This document shows, piece by piece, positions 17,270 through 27,382 of a stretch of 43,624 nucleotides of DNA (positions within the stretch are counted from its first letter, which is position 1; each line of letters begins with the position of its first letter). Below the pieces are notes generated by a model that saw only the letters and a list, made by a program, of their open reading frames with translations, was not told the DNA's origin and did no database searches. The position numbers and the translations under genes are program-made. The stretch is from the IMG/VR virus record IMGVR_UViG_3300028586_000007, positions 1 to 43,624 of that record, one strand, 5' to 3'. The DNA comes from a virus. Its lineage: Duplodnaviria > Caudoviricetes.

Positions 17270-17487
17270 CGGACGAAGCCCAGATCTACCGAGGCTTGCT
17301 CATTCGCGCCATCAGCGGCCAGCGCCCGGCCATCGTCGTAGCCGTGGCCGATCCGGACAGGCTGGAGCAGCTGTGTGAAGTGCTGGCCCGAGCCGAGCGT
17401 GTGGCCGAGCTGCTGCACGTGCACGGCTTCGGGCCGCGTGGGATGGACATTGAGCAGGTGGTGGCGCAGCTCCTTGAGAAGGAATGA
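17266..17487 (+). CDS. Hypothetical protein
   Basis: Coupled at both ends. Confidence 0.6.
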   Translation: MTDEAQIYRGLLIRAISGQRPAIVVAVADPDRLEQLCEVLARAERVAELLHVHGFGPRGMDIEQVVAQLLEKE

Positions 17488-17714
17488 AGATGGATCAACG
17501 ACAGATCGTTCAGGAGCTCGTCACGCTCCTGGGCCTACCGAAGGGGCTGCGCAGCTTCACCGTGCGCGCATCCGTTACTGGACAGGTTGTCGTCGAATGC
17601 GAGTACTACCCGCAGGGTGACGTCGCCAAGGAAGCAGGCCTCGTTCCGCCACCGCCACCACCTCCCCCGACACGACAGGTATGCGACAGCAAGCCGCCGC
17701 TGCGCAACCCATGA
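17484..17714 (+). CDS. Hypothetical protein with polyproline run
   Basis: Coupled at both ends. Confidence 0.6.
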   Translation: MKMDQRQIVQELVTLLGLPKGLRSFTVRASVTGQVVVECEYYPQGDVAKEAGLVPPPPPPPPTRQVCDSKPPLRNP

Positions 17715-18076
17715 CCAAGCTCACCACCCTGAAGTCTCGGCTGCAGAAGGTTGGCCCTCGGCTCTCCTCCCTGCCTGTCGCAGCCGGCACCGTCGAGCGC
17801 AAGCGCGGCTCGGCCGGCGTGCGTGACCGTGACCGGATCCGGAAGCGCGACTGTGGCCTGTGCCAGAACTGCGGCCACCTCGGCAGCGTGGTCGACCACA
17901 AGAAGCCGCTATGGGCTGGCGGATCTGATGAGGACGACAACAAGTGGGTGTTGTGCCCGGTTTGCCACGACGCCAAGAGCAAGGTTGAAGCGGCGCAGCG
18001 CGCGGCCAGCAGCTACGACCAGCACGTCGTGCGCGAGGTCCTGCGCCAGGTCGGGGAGCAGCACCGCCGGGCCTGA
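17711..18076 (+). CDS. Terminase-associated HNH endonuclease
   Basis: RD.GLCQNC...VDH..PL..GG.D..DN...LC..CH; lies before terS. Confidence 0.9.
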   Translation: MTKLTTLKSRLQKVGPRLSSLPVAAGTVERKRGSAGVRDRDRIRKRDCGLCQNCGHLGSVVDHKKPLWAGGSDEDDNKWVLCPVCHDAKSKVEAAQRAASSYDQHVVREVLRQVGEQHRRA

Positions 18077-18134
18077 GCCTGCTCAAAAAGCAGGCATCGC
18101 ACAGAAATTGTGCAGCACAAAATTTAGGCAGATC

Positions 18135-18215
18135 CCAGGGGGGGCTTCAAAGTCTGGAGCCTCCCCCGACGGACACCGCCTGCTTCCCCACGCGCGGAAA
18201 AAAGTCCCCTTTTTG
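18135..18215. other. Putative cos region
   Basis: Non-coding gap between HNH and terS with a G-run followed by GACACCGCC...CGCGCGGAAAAAAG, a layout typical of HK97-like cos phages; exact cut site not determined. Confidence 0.55.
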
Positions 18216-18232
18216 ATTTAGGAAATCAGCAA

Positions 18233-18661
18233 ATGGCAGGCGTACAAGGCAAGAGCGGAGGGCCCCGCCCCAACTCTGGCGGTGCCCGTCCTGGTGCTGG
18301 GCGCAAGCCCAAGGCTGAGGCATCGAAATCAGCAAATGCGAAGGCCGAGACGGCGTCGTCGGTCGAGGTGAAGCTCGAGCGCCAGCCCCGCGGCGGCGCG
18401 CTGAAGCGGAAGAAGGCGGTACCCGTTCCTGTCGAGGCCAGCGACATGCTCGACCTGCTGCAAAAGATCGCCCTCGGCCACATCGACGCGACTGCTGGCC
18501 AAATCCGCGCCGCGATCGCCGCGGTGCAGTACACCCACACGAAGCGGGGCGACGGCGGGAAGAAGGACGAGAGGGCTGACAAGGCGAAGTCGGCCGGCGC
18601 CGGAAAGTTCGCTTCGGCCGCGCCGCCGCGCCTGGCCGCTGCCGGCGGGAAGAAGGTCTAA
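18233..18661 (+). CDS. terS: Terminase small subunit
   Basis: GGARPGAGRKPK N-terminus; directly upstream of terL. Confidence 0.85.
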   Translation: MAGVQGKSGGPRPNSGGARPGAGRKPKAEASKSANAKAETASSVEVKLERQPRGGALKRKKAVPVPVEASDMLDLLQKIALGHIDATAGQIRAAIAAVQYTHTKRGDGGKKDERADKAKSAGAGKFASAAPPRLAAAGGKKV

Positions 18662-20380
18662 ATGGTCGAGTGGACAACAGCATGCCCCGATTGGGCGGAT
18701 AGGCTGCGCCGCGGCGATTCGATCATTCCCCCGCCGATCTTCCCCGAGGAGGCTGAGGCCGGCCTGGCGATCATGCGCGACCTACGCATCGTCGACGCAC
18801 CCGGCAGCCCCAGGATGGATGACGCGTGCGGGCAATGGATCTTCGACCTGGCGGCTACCATCTTCGGCGCCTACGACGCTGAGAGTGGGCGGCGGCTGAT
18901 CACGGAGTGGTTCGTGATGCTGCCGAAGAAGAACTTCAAGTCTGGGTTGGCCGCATCGATCATGCTGACTTGCTTGATCCGGAACTGGCGGCAGTCGGCT
19001 GAATTCACGATCCTGGCGCCGACGTTGGAGGTGGCGAACAACAGTTTTGGCCCCGCCCAGGACATGGTGCAGTACCAGCCGGACGAGGAGGAAGGCGACG
19101 AGCCGAACGAGCTCGTCGACCTGATCCAGGTGCAGACGCACGTCAAGACGCTGACCCACCACGAAAAGCGGGCGAAGCTCAAGGTCATCGCCGCCGACGA
19201 GAAGACCGCAGCGGGCAAGAAGTCAGTCGGCACACTGATCGAGGAGCTGTGGCTGTTCGGGAAAATGCCGAACGCGAAGGAGATGTTCCGGGAAGCCCTG
19301 GGCGGCCTCGCGTCGCGGAAGGAAGGCTTCACGATCTACATCACAACGCAGAGCGACGAGCCTCCCGCCGGCATCTTCAAGGAAAAGCTGCAATACGCGC
19401 GCGACGTGCGCGATGGGAAGATCCACGATCCGCAGTTCCTGCCAATCATCTACGAGCACCCGCCCGAGATGGTCAAGCGCAAGGAGCACCTGAAGCTGGA
19501 AAACATGGCGATGGTGAACCCGAATATCGGGTACTCGGTCGACGACGCCTTCCTCGAGCGCGAGCACCGGAAGGCAACGCTCGAGGGGGAGGCCTCGCTT
19601 CGCAGCTTCATGGCGAAGCACGCCAACGTCGAGATCGGCTTGAACCTGCGCTCCGACCGCTGGGCCGGCGTCGACTTCTGGGAAGAGGCGGCCGACAAGT
19701 CGATCAACCTGGATACCCTGCTGGCGCGCTGCGAAGTCGCGGTGGTCGGCATCGATGGCGGAGGCCTGGACGACTTGCTGGGCCTGGCCGTGCTGGGCCG
19801 CGAGCGCGGTACCGGGCTATGGCTGCTGTGGTGTCACGCCTGGGCGCACAGGATCGTGCTGGAGCGCCGCAAAGAAATCGCATCAAAGCTGGAAGATTTC
19901 GAGAAGGACGGCGACCTCACCATCGTCGATAAACCAGGCCCAGACGTGAAGGCAGTCGCCGACATTGTCTGCCGCGTTCGCGACACCGGTCTGCTGCCCG
20001 AAAAGCACGGCATCGGCGTCGACGGCGCTGGTATCGGCGCGATCGTGAAGGAGTTGCTCCTGCGCAAATTCTCGGCTGAGCCAGAGCACGACATCGTCGC
20101 GATCTCGCAGGGCTGGCGGCTGAACGCGGCGATCAAGGATACGGAGCGCGCGGTGGCCGGCGGCGAGCTGCTCCACGGTGGCCGCCCGCTCATGGCCTGG
20201 TGCGTGGGCAATGCCCGCACCTACCAAGCCGGGAATGCGGTCGGCATCAACAAGCAGGTCAGCGGCACCGCAAAGATCGACCCGCTCATGGCGACCTTCG
20301 ACGCCGCGCAGCTCATGACGCTGAACCCGATTGCCCGCGGCGACTCGGCTTACCAGAGCCGCGGCATTCTCATGATTTAA
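18662..20380 (+). CDS. terL: Terminase large subunit
   Basis: PKKNFKS Walker A, LIEELW Walker B, ITT motif, GIDGGGLDDL nuclease, KIDP. Confidence 0.95.
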   Translation: MVEWTTACPDWADRLRRGDSIIPPPIFPEEAEAGLAIMRDLRIVDAPGSPRMDDACGQWIFDLAATIFGAYDAESGRRLITEWFVMLPKKNFKSGLAASIMLTCLIRNWRQSAEFTILAPTLEVANNSFGPAQDMVQYQPDEEEGDEPNELVDLIQVQTHVKTLTHHEKRAKLKVIAADEKTAAGKKSVGTLIEELWLFGKMPNAKEMFREALGGLASRKEGFTIYITTQSDEPPAGIFKEKLQYARDVRDGKIHDPQFLPIIYEHPPEMVKRKEHLKLENMAMVNPNIGYSVDDAFLEREHRKATLEGEASLRSFMAKHANVEIGLNLRSDRWAGVDFWEEAADKSINLDTLLARCEVAVVGIDGGGLDDLLGLAVLGRERGTGLWLLWCHAWAHRIVLERRKEIASKLEDFEKDGDLTIVDKPGPDVKAVADIVCRVRDTGLLPEKHGIGVDGAGIGAIVKELLLRKFSAEPEHDIVAISQGWRLNAAIKDTERAVAGGELLHGGRPLMAWCVGNARTYQAGNAVGINKQVSGTAKIDPLMATFDAAQLMTLNPIARGDSAYQSRGILMI

Positions 20381-20388
20381 GGAACCCC

Positions 20389-21642
20389 ATGGAAATTTTC
20401 GACGCCCTCCTCGCCACGTCGCACTGGCGGGAGGATCAGTCGCGCCCGTCTAGCGCGTCGGTGTCAGCGGCCCTGACCAGCGCCGACCTGCCGGCGTTCA
20501 TGCGCGGCGGCGAGACCGCCAGCGGCGAGTACGTCACAGCGTCCAAGGCGCTGGAGAACATGGCGATCCTGCGCTGCGTCAGCCTGATCTCCGAATCGAT
20601 CGGCATGCTGCCGCTGAACCTGATCGCCAGGGGCGACGAGAAGGCCTATGCGACCGAGCATGCGGTGCATCGATTGTGCAAGCACCGGCCGAATGAGTAC
20701 CAGGGGCCATACAAATTCAAGAGCACGATGCAGCTGCGCGCACTCCTGAGGGGTAACGCTTACGCGCGCATCATCTGGCGCGGCGCCACGCCGGTCCGGC
20801 TGATTCCTCTGGACTCGACGAAGGTGACGCCGCAGTTGAACGACGACTTCACGGTTCGCTACGAATATCGGCGTCCAGACGGCGGCATTCTCACGCTGCC
20901 GGCGCGCGACGTGCTGCACCTGGCCGACTTGGCTGACGATGAACACGGCCTGGTTGGCCTCTCGCGTGTAAAAAAGGCACGCGAGGCGATCGGCCTGGCC
21001 CTGCAGGCACAGAAGGCCGCCGGCCGGATTTTCAAAAACGGCGTCATGGCCGGCGGCGCCCTGGTGTACCCGCGCAAGCTCGACCCTCAGCAGATCGAAA
21101 ACATCCGCCAGAGCCTGGAAGCGAACAGCGCCGGCGTGAGCAACGCCCACAAATGGATGGTCCTCGAGGATGGGATCACTGCCGAAAAGTGGGCCAATAC
21201 TGCGCGCGACTCGGAGCTGGGCGGCAGCCGTGATCACCAGATCGAGGAAATCGCCCGCGCGTTCGGCGTGCCGCGCCCGCTGCTCATGATGGACGACACC
21301 TCCTGGGGCTCGGGCATCGAGCAGCTGGGCATTTTCTTCGTGCAGTACGGCCTGCAGCACTGGTTCAACATCTGGGAAGACGAGATCGCGCTCAAGCTGC
21401 TGAGCGAGAAAGAGCGCGATCTCTACTACGCCAAGTTCAACGAGCGCGCGCTGCTGCGCGGCACGCTGAAAGACCAGGCCGAATTCTTCGGCAAGGCCCT
21501 GGGATCCGGTGGCAGCCAGCCCTGGATGAAGGCCAACGAAGTCCGCGACCTGCAAGACCTGTCGAAGTCCAACGACCCGGCCGCTAACTCGCTGGAAAGC
21601 ACCCTCACAAGGAAAACGAATGTCCCTGCTGAAACTACCTGA
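20389..21642 (+). CDS. HK97-family portal protein
   Basis: LLRGNAYA, VLHL...GLS, EEIARAFGVP, NEVR motifs. Confidence 0.95.
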   Translation: MEIFDALLATSHWREDQSRPSSASVSAALTSADLPAFMRGGETASGEYVTASKALENMAILRCVSLISESIGMLPLNLIARGDEKAYATEHAVHRLCKHRPNEYQGPYKFKSTMQLRALLRGNAYARIIWRGATPVRLIPLDSTKVTPQLNDDFTVRYEYRRPDGGILTLPARDVLHLADLADDEHGLVGLSRVKKAREAIGLALQAQKAAGRIFKNGVMAGGALVYPRKLDPQQIENIRQSLEANSAGVSNAHKWMVLEDGITAEKWANTARDSELGGSRDHQIEEIARAFGVPRPLLMMDDTSWGSGIEQLGIFFVQYGLQHWFNIWEDEIALKLLSEKERDLYYAKFNERALLRGTLKDQAEFFGKALGSGGSQPWMKANEVRDLQDLSKSNDPAANSLESTLTRKTNVPAETT

Positions 21643-22471
21643 AATCCGGGCCGACGCCCGCATCGCCACCGCGCAGTTCGACCTGCGCCAGGACGCACTG
21701 GACACCTGGGAGCCAGGCGTGCGCGCCGCGGCCGACGGTGATGCGAAGACGATCAGCATGTACGCACCGATCGGCCAGACCTGGGACGGCGAAGGCGTCA
21801 CCGCCCGCCGCATCGGCGCCGCGCTGCGCAACATCGGCGACAACGATGTGGTGGTCAACCTGAACTCCCCGGGTGGCGACTTCTTCGAAGGTGTTGCGAT
21901 CTACAACCTGCTGCGCATGCACACAGCGAAGGTCACCATCAACGTGATGGGCATCGCCGCATCGGCGGCGTCGGTGATCGCCATGGCCGGCGACGAGATC
22001 AACATGGGTGAGGGCACGCACCTGATGATCCACAACGCCTGGGTGGTCGCCGCTGGCAACCGCCACGACATGGCCGAGGCCGCCGCCTACCTGGAACCGT
22101 TCGACAACGCGATGCGCGACCTGTACGCGGCGCGCACCGGCCTGGACAGCAAGGTAATCGCGAAGATGATGGACGACGAGACCTTCATCAGCGCGTCAGA
22201 CGCCGTCGCCAAGGGCTTCGCCACCGGCAAGCTCGACCGCGCAGCGGTCACGAAAGACACCAAGGCGGCGCAGCACATGAAGGTGCTGGCCACAGTCGAG
22301 TCCTCGCTCGCGAAGTCCGGCCTCAGCCGCACGGCGCGCCGCGAGACGCTCAACGCCCTATTCAACGACAAGCCGGGCGCTGTCGTGAAACCCGATGCCA
22401 CGCCGGGCGCTGGCAACGACCCCCAAGTTGAAGCCTCGCTTCGAAACCTCCTGAATACTCTGAAAGGGTAA
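21620..22471 (+). CDS. ClpP-type head maturation protease
   Basis: NSPGGD, GIAASAAS, MIHN, ET.ISA.DAV..GFA. Confidence 0.93.
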   Translation: MSLLKLPEIRADARIATAQFDLRQDALDTWEPGVRAAADGDAKTISMYAPIGQTWDGEGVTARRIGAALRNIGDNDVVVNLNSPGGDFFEGVAIYNLLRMHTAKVTINVMGIAASAASVIAMAGDEINMGEGTHLMIHNAWVVAAGNRHDMAEAAAYLEPFDNAMRDLYAARTGLDSKVIAKMMDDETFISASDAVAKGFATGKLDRAAVTKDTKAAQHMKVLATVESSLAKSGLSRTARRETLNALFNDKPGAVVKPDATPGAGNDPQVEASLRNLLNTLKG

Positions 22472-22475
22472 GCAA

Positions 22476-23744
22476 ATGAAAAACAATCGCATCGTGCTGG
22501 CGAAGGCCGCTGAACTGGCAGCCGCGTCGAAGCGCGTCCCGCGCGGCGTTATCGGCGGCGTCCGTGCCGACGGCAGCAACCTCAACCAGATGGTCCAGCA
22601 GCTGCAGCAGGCGTTCGCCACCTTCAAGGACGAGCATACCCGCCAGCTGGGCGAGATCAAGGCTGGCATCAATGATCCACTGCAGGCCAGTAAGGTCGAA
22701 AAGATCAACGAGACCATCGCAGATCTGCAGGCCGCCATCGACGTCAACAACACCAAGATGGCCGCCATGGAAATGGGCACTGGCGGCGCTACGCCGGTCA
22801 AGGATAAGGAATACAGCGCCGCCTTCCAGGCGCACATGCGCAAGGGCGACGTCCAGGCTGCGCTGAACAAGGGTGCAGCGGACGACGGCGGCTACACCTC
22901 GCCAGTCGAATGGGATCGTAGTATCACTGACAAGCTGATCATCGTGTCGCCGATGCGCGCGCTGTGTACCGTGCAAAAAGTGGGCGGCGACGGCTACAAG
23001 AAGCTGGTCAACCTGCGCGGCACCACCTCCGGTTGGGTCGGCGAAACCGATGCGCGTCCGGAAACCAACACCCCGAAGCTGGTCGAGCAGGCGTATAGCT
23101 GGGGCGAGCTGTACGCCAACCCATCGGCCACCCAGCAAATGCTGGACGACAGTGAGATCAACATCGAGCAGTGGCTGGGTGGCGAAGTCGACGTCGAGTT
23201 CGCCTACCAGGAAGGTAACGCCTTCGTCGTCGGTAACGGAACCAAAAAGCCGCGCGGCCTGCTGACCTACGCTGCCGGCGGCACCGCACTGCATCCCCTG
23301 GGCGGCATCGAGGTCGTCGCTTCCGGCGCCGCCGGCGGCATCACCGGAGATGCGATCCTGGACCTGATCTATGCGCTGCCCGAAGTCTTCACCGGCAATG
23401 CGAAGTTCGCAATGAACCGCAACACCATGCTGCGCATCCGCAAGCTGAAGGATTCGGACAACAACTACCTGTGGCAGCCGTCGCTGCAGGCCGGCCAGCC
23501 CTCGACCCTGGGCGGCTACGCGATCGCCGACATTCCCGACATGCCGGGCGTCGCTGCGAATGCCCTGTCGATCGCGTTCGGTGACTTCAAGCGCGCCTAC
23601 AAAATCCTGGACCGCGTCGGCGTGCGCGTACTGCGTGACCCGTACACCAAGAAGCCCTACGTGATGTTCTACACCACGAAGCGCGTCGGCGGCGGCCTGG
23701 AAAACCCGGAGTGCATGAAGTTCATGCGCATCGCGGCGGCGTAA
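22476..23744 (+). CDS. Major capsid protein (HK97 fold, N-terminal scaffold domain)
   Basis: GGY..P, GWVGE, GNG..KPRG, KLKD....YLW, FGDF, RVGG. Confidence 0.95.
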   Translation: MKNNRIVLAKAAELAAASKRVPRGVIGGVRADGSNLNQMVQQLQQAFATFKDEHTRQLGEIKAGINDPLQASKVEKINETIADLQAAIDVNNTKMAAMEMGTGGATPVKDKEYSAAFQAHMRKGDVQAALNKGAADDGGYTSPVEWDRSITDKLIIVSPMRALCTVQKVGGDGYKKLVNLRGTTSGWVGETDARPETNTPKLVEQAYSWGELYANPSATQQMLDDSEINIEQWLGGEVDVEFAYQEGNAFVVGNGTKKPRGLLTYAAGGTALHPLGGIEVVASGAAGGITGDAILDLIYALPEVFTGNAKFAMNRNTMLRIRKLKDSDNNYLWQPSLQAGQPSTLGGYAIADIPDMPGVAANALSIAFGDFKRAYKILDRVGVRVLRDPYTKKPYVMFYTTKRVGGGLENPECMKFMRIAAA

Positions 23745-23754
23745 TTCACCACCA

Positions 23755-23785
23755 GGGCGGGCCACTTCGGTGGCCCGCTCTCTTT
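23755..23785 (+). terminator. Hairpin after the capsid gene (weak terminator or stabiliser)
   Basis: agggcgggccac-ttcg-gtggcccgctct followed by cttt. Confidence 0.6.
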
Positions 23786-23796
23786 CAGGAGCACAG

Positions 23797-24117
23797 ATGA
23801 AACTCATCGCAATTGCGGCCTTCAGCTGGGCGCACGCGGGCATCGTCGTGGAACACTTCGAGCCGGACCAGGAAGTCGACACCGACGACCAGGACCTGAT
23901 CGACACGGCCGTGCGCGAGGGCTGGGCAACGCCCGAAGGTGCGGAGGTGATCGCGCCGGCGTCAGACCCGGAACCGGGGCCCGATCCCGTGCTGGATCCT
24001 GCGCCAGACCCGGCGCCCGATCCCGCGCCGGCGCCAACGTCGGAACCAGAACCCGAACTCGCCCCAGCACCTGCAGCACCTGCAGCGGCGCCGGCCGCCG
24101 GCCGCAAGAAGAAATAA
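23797..24117 (+). CDS. Small capsid-associated protein with Pro/Asp/Ala-rich tail
   Basis: AGGAG RBS; PDPAPDPAP repeats. Confidence 0.75.
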   Translation: MKLIAIAAFSWAHAGIVVEHFEPDQEVDTDDQDLIDTAVREGWATPEGAEVIAPASDPEPGPDPVLDPAPDPAPDPAPAPTSEPEPELAPAPAAPAAAPAAGRKKK

Positions 24118-24120
24118 GCC

Positions 24121-24306
24121 ATGGACGCCCGCACCGTCGCCTGGCTCGCAAAGTTGCGTGCCGAGGCGGAGGTGCCCGGCACCATCCTGGTGTGCGCAGG
24201 TCAACTGCGCATGCTCCCCGAAGACATAGTCGGCAAGTCCGACGACGAGCTGCTCGCCCACGTGCGCGCGCTGCTCGAAAACGAAAACAAGGCCCACTCC
24301 GCATGA
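24121..24306 (+). CDS. Hypothetical protein
   Basis: Coupled to the next gene. Confidence 0.6.
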   Translation: MDARTVAWLAKLRAEAEVPGTILVCAGQLRMLPEDIVGKSDDELLAHVRALLENENKAHSA

Positions 24307-25718
24307 AAGTCGTCGACCGTCTCCGCCAATCGTTCAACGCCACCAGCACTGCAACCATCACCCTGGGCGGCGCCGTCACTGGCTTCCGCACAATCGCGGA
24401 GGCGATCGCCCATGGCGACCTGGCGATTGGCGACGAGGTGCCAATGTGCGTCGAGAGCGGCCCTTCGTGGGAACTGAGCCTGTACAGGGTCGATAACCCG
24501 ACCCAGTTGACCCGCCTCGAGGTGCTGGCCAGTTGGACCGGCGGCGCGGCGGTGACGTTTCCCGGTGGCCTGAAGCAGATCTTCTGCGCAGCGCCGGCGC
24601 AATACCTGAATGGCATCCAGGTAGGGGCGCTGCCGGTGCAGTCCATTGCCGACGCGACACGCCTGCTGGCCCTGAATCCGTCGAATGAAGCATTCCTGGT
24701 CACGGCGGCAGTGCTGAAGGCATACATCGGCGGCACTTCCCCGCCAGCGGACAGCACTGCGCCGGGCGCGCCGACGAACCTGGCCTCAACGAACGCCGGC
24801 CAGACTGGCTACACCATCACCTTCACGCCCGGCACCGACAACGTCTCCGTGGCGCGCAGCGAATGGAGCCTCGACGGGTCGACCTGGACGCCAGTCGGCG
24901 GCGGCGCAACCGGCAACACGTTCGGCGTCACCGGCCGCACGGCCGGCAGCACCGACACCGTCCGCGTCCGGATGGTGGACACCTCTGGCAACCCGTCGCC
25001 CGTGGCCACCTTGCCTGTCGTGTTGCAGTCGGCCGGTGGAAATGCAACGCCGGTCATGTCCGGCAGCATCACCAAGACCAACATCACGTCGAGCGGCTAT
25101 ACGTTCGCATGGGATGCGCCGACCGATGCGAATGGCAACGGCAGCAAGGTGCAGAGCAGCGTCGACAGCGGCAGCAGCTGGGTCGACCATGCGTTCGCAG
25201 CCGGCAGCCGCACCGTCACCGGCCGCGCCGCCGGCAGCACCGACCAGCTGCGCGTGCGCGCGGTCGACACGGCAAACGCAATCTCGAACGTGCTGAGCGA
25301 CAGCGTGACCATGTTGAATGGCGCGCCTGCAGGTGACGTTTACAACTATTTGACAAATGAAAGCTACACGTTCTTCCCCGCAGACAGGGTTCATTCGGGT
25401 GGTGCTTACATCGATCCAGGTAGCGCCGTCGTATTGAAAATTACGCGAAAGGACAACGGCTTGGCCCCAGTTGGCACGCTGGTGTTTGCATGGGCCAAGA
25501 TTGGTGGGCAGGCCGCAGACGGTGTGGGTACGCAGCACCTCGGGGATTGGCAGGATGGTCAGACCACTCACGAGCACTACGCTAAATTTGGCGTCACGAG
25601 CACCCTGTACCTTTGGGGCACCCCCGGCCAGTATCGGCTGGCTGTGATTCTCCCAGACGGCTCGATTGAATACGTCAAAAACCCTGACGGCACCCTGCGC
25701 CTGTGGACGCTCTCGTGA
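24303..25718 (+). CDS. Virion protein with two fibronectin type III domains
   Basis: DSTAPGAPTNL...TDN..V...G...G....VRVR.VD..GN.S and a second similar unit; Thr/Gly-rich. Confidence 0.8.
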   Translation: MKVVDRLRQSFNATSTATITLGGAVTGFRTIAEAIAHGDLAIGDEVPMCVESGPSWELSLYRVDNPTQLTRLEVLASWTGGAAVTFPGGLKQIFCAAPAQYLNGIQVGALPVQSIADATRLLALNPSNEAFLVTAAVLKAYIGGTSPPADSTAPGAPTNLASTNAGQTGYTITFTPGTDNVSVARSEWSLDGSTWTPVGGGATGNTFGVTGRTAGSTDTVRVRMVDTSGNPSPVATLPVVLQSAGGNATPVMSGSITKTNITSSGYTFAWDAPTDANGNGSKVQSSVDSGSSWVDHAFAAGSRTVTGRAAGSTDQLRVRAVDTANAISNVLSDSVTMLNGAPAGDVYNYLTNESYTFFPADRVHSGGAYIDPGSAVVLKITRKDNGLAPVGTLVFAWAKIGGQAADGVGTQHLGDWQDGQTTHEHYAKFGVTSTLYLWGTPGQYRLAVILPDGSIEYVKNPDGTLRLWTLS

Positions 25719-27382
25719 TGAAGCCACTTATCATCAATTCGCGGCTGTTCATTCTGGAGGCCGGGTTCCTGACCGCCAATGGCGCTGTTTCGCAGCCTGG
25801 CGGGCCGGAGTCGATCACCGCCGACCCCTTCAAGCTTGGCAACAGCAAAGCGCGCTTCATCATGCAGCGCAAGGCCGGCACCTACAACGACACGATTGCC
25901 GGCCAGGCTGGAACCTACGACCCCATCATCGCCTATGGCTTCGAAGGTTCGCCTCCTGCCAGCGTGCAGGCGCGCGCTGTGGACTTCACCACCGGTGCCG
26001 AAGTGAAGGGTTGGACCACCCTGACCGGAAACACCATCTCCGGCCAGCAGGGACAGGGGCGGTTGCCAGGGGTTCCGAGCGGTTGCGATTACCGTTTGCA
26101 GATCCGCGACCCGAGCCGCCCAACCGTGATCTACAGCGGCACGGTCATGTGGGGCGTGGGCGTGGTCGGCGGTTCTTTCGGTCAGTCGAACAACCTGGGT
26201 ATCCTGGCGGCCGGGTCATACAACGATGCCGTCCCTGGTGTCGGCAAATCGGAATACGACTACATAATCGACATCAGGGCATCACATGGTTTTTACGGAA
26301 CCTATGGCCCGGTCGTTCCTCAGGGTCTCGGCGGCTCTGGGGCGGATTACGGCACCCATCAATTCAATCTCGCGCGTGGAGGCGCGATCAAGTTCCCGCG
26401 CGTACTGTCGAAGGCGTTGGAGGCAAAGCACGGTCGTCGAATCCCGGTGGCCCTGATCCCCTGCGCCGTGGATGGACGAGCTATCGAGGATTTCATTCTG
26501 CCCGATGGTGGTCTGGTAAAAGCCCTCTTCAACAACAGCGGCATGTCGGGCGGTTCTTTCGGCCTAAGGTCGCCGAATATGGGCGATTTCGAGTTCGTGC
26601 AGAAGCACCAAGGCGAAGCGAATAACGGCAATGAGCGCGCCGTCTATGCCGCAAAAGAGCGTCAAATGGTCGATGGCTATCTGGAGCACGTTTCGTCGCA
26701 TGGTCGCGCGCCCGGTCAGTTCAACTACATTCCCGGCGTGCTGGGCGTCTATTCTGGTCTCAGTCTGATCGAGAAAATCCGCAGTGCCACGCTTGATGTC
26801 GTCGCGTACTCGAAGGCTAATGCGTGGGCCAATGTTGTACCGTTCAACTGCATCGACCTGGACCCATCCGACGGTGGAGATGCAAACCTGCATTTCCTCG
26901 ACCAGCCAAACGGCGGCCCACGCTATCAGGAGTGGGGCCTATGCCGCGCGATCCAATCCGTGCTGTTCAGCATGGGATTGGCGCCATTCGACGGCATGGG
27001 TCCGAAGGTCACTACCTACACGCGCGCCGGCAACGTCGTCACGTTCGAAGTGCTCGGCGCACAAGGGGCGCTCGTCGCGCGCAAGCCGGGCGAGCCGATC
27101 ACCGGCTGGTATGCGAACACCCAAGCCGACTTCAAGGGCGCAGCCACCGCTGTTTCGGTGGCGATCGTGGGCAACAAGATCGTGTTGACCTTTCCGGCCG
27201 GCACCTTCGACAACGGTAAGAAGGCGTATGTGAAGCACTGCGGCGGCGATCCCGGCACGCAACAAAGCTGCCATCCGGACGTCAGCAACCTGGTGTACGA
27301 CAGCGCGCAGTACCCAAGTGCGGAGCCGAAGTTCACCGGCCTGCCATTCTGGCCGATCCCTGATGCCCTGGAGGTGGTCTGA
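25718..27382 (+). CDS. SGNH / sialate-O-acetylesterase (SASA)-like carbohydrate esterase
   Basis: GQSN, QGEAN and late D..LH motifs. Confidence 0.75.
   Translation: MKPLIINSRLFILEAGFLTANGAVSQPGGPESITADPFKLGNSKARFIMQRKAGTYNDTIAGQAGTYDPIIAYGFEGSPPASVQARAVDFTTGAEVKGWTTLTGNTISGQQGQGRLPGVPSGCDYRLQIRDPSRPTVIYSGTVMWGVGVVGGSFGQSNNLGILAAGSYNDAVPGVGKSEYDYIIDIRASHGFYGTYGPVVPQGLGGSGADYGTHQFNLARGGAIKFPRVLSKALEAKHGRRIPVALIPCAVDGRAIEDFILPDGGLVKALFNNSGMSGGSFGLRSPNMGDFEFVQKHQGEANNGNERAVYAAKERQMVDGYLEHVSSHGRAPGQFNYIPGVLGVYSGLSLIEKIRSATLDVVAYSKANAWANVVPFNCIDLDPSDGGDANLHFLDQPNGGPRYQEWGLCRAIQSVLFSMGLAPFDGMGPKVTTYTRAGNVVTFEVLGAQGALVARKPGEPITGWYANTQADFKGAATAVSVAIVGNKIVLTFPAGTFDNGKKAYVKHCGGDPGTQQSCHPDVSNLVYDSAQYPSAEPKFTGLPFWPIPDALEVV

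Noticed and set aside
18920-18945. Atypical terminase Walker A (PKKNFKS) as a sign of inactivation
   Set aside because: The catalytic Lys-Ser and all other motifs are intact; likely a subfamily variant
23960-24100. Short tandem DNA repeats
   Set aside because: Explained by the Pro/Asp/Ala low-complexity protein tail
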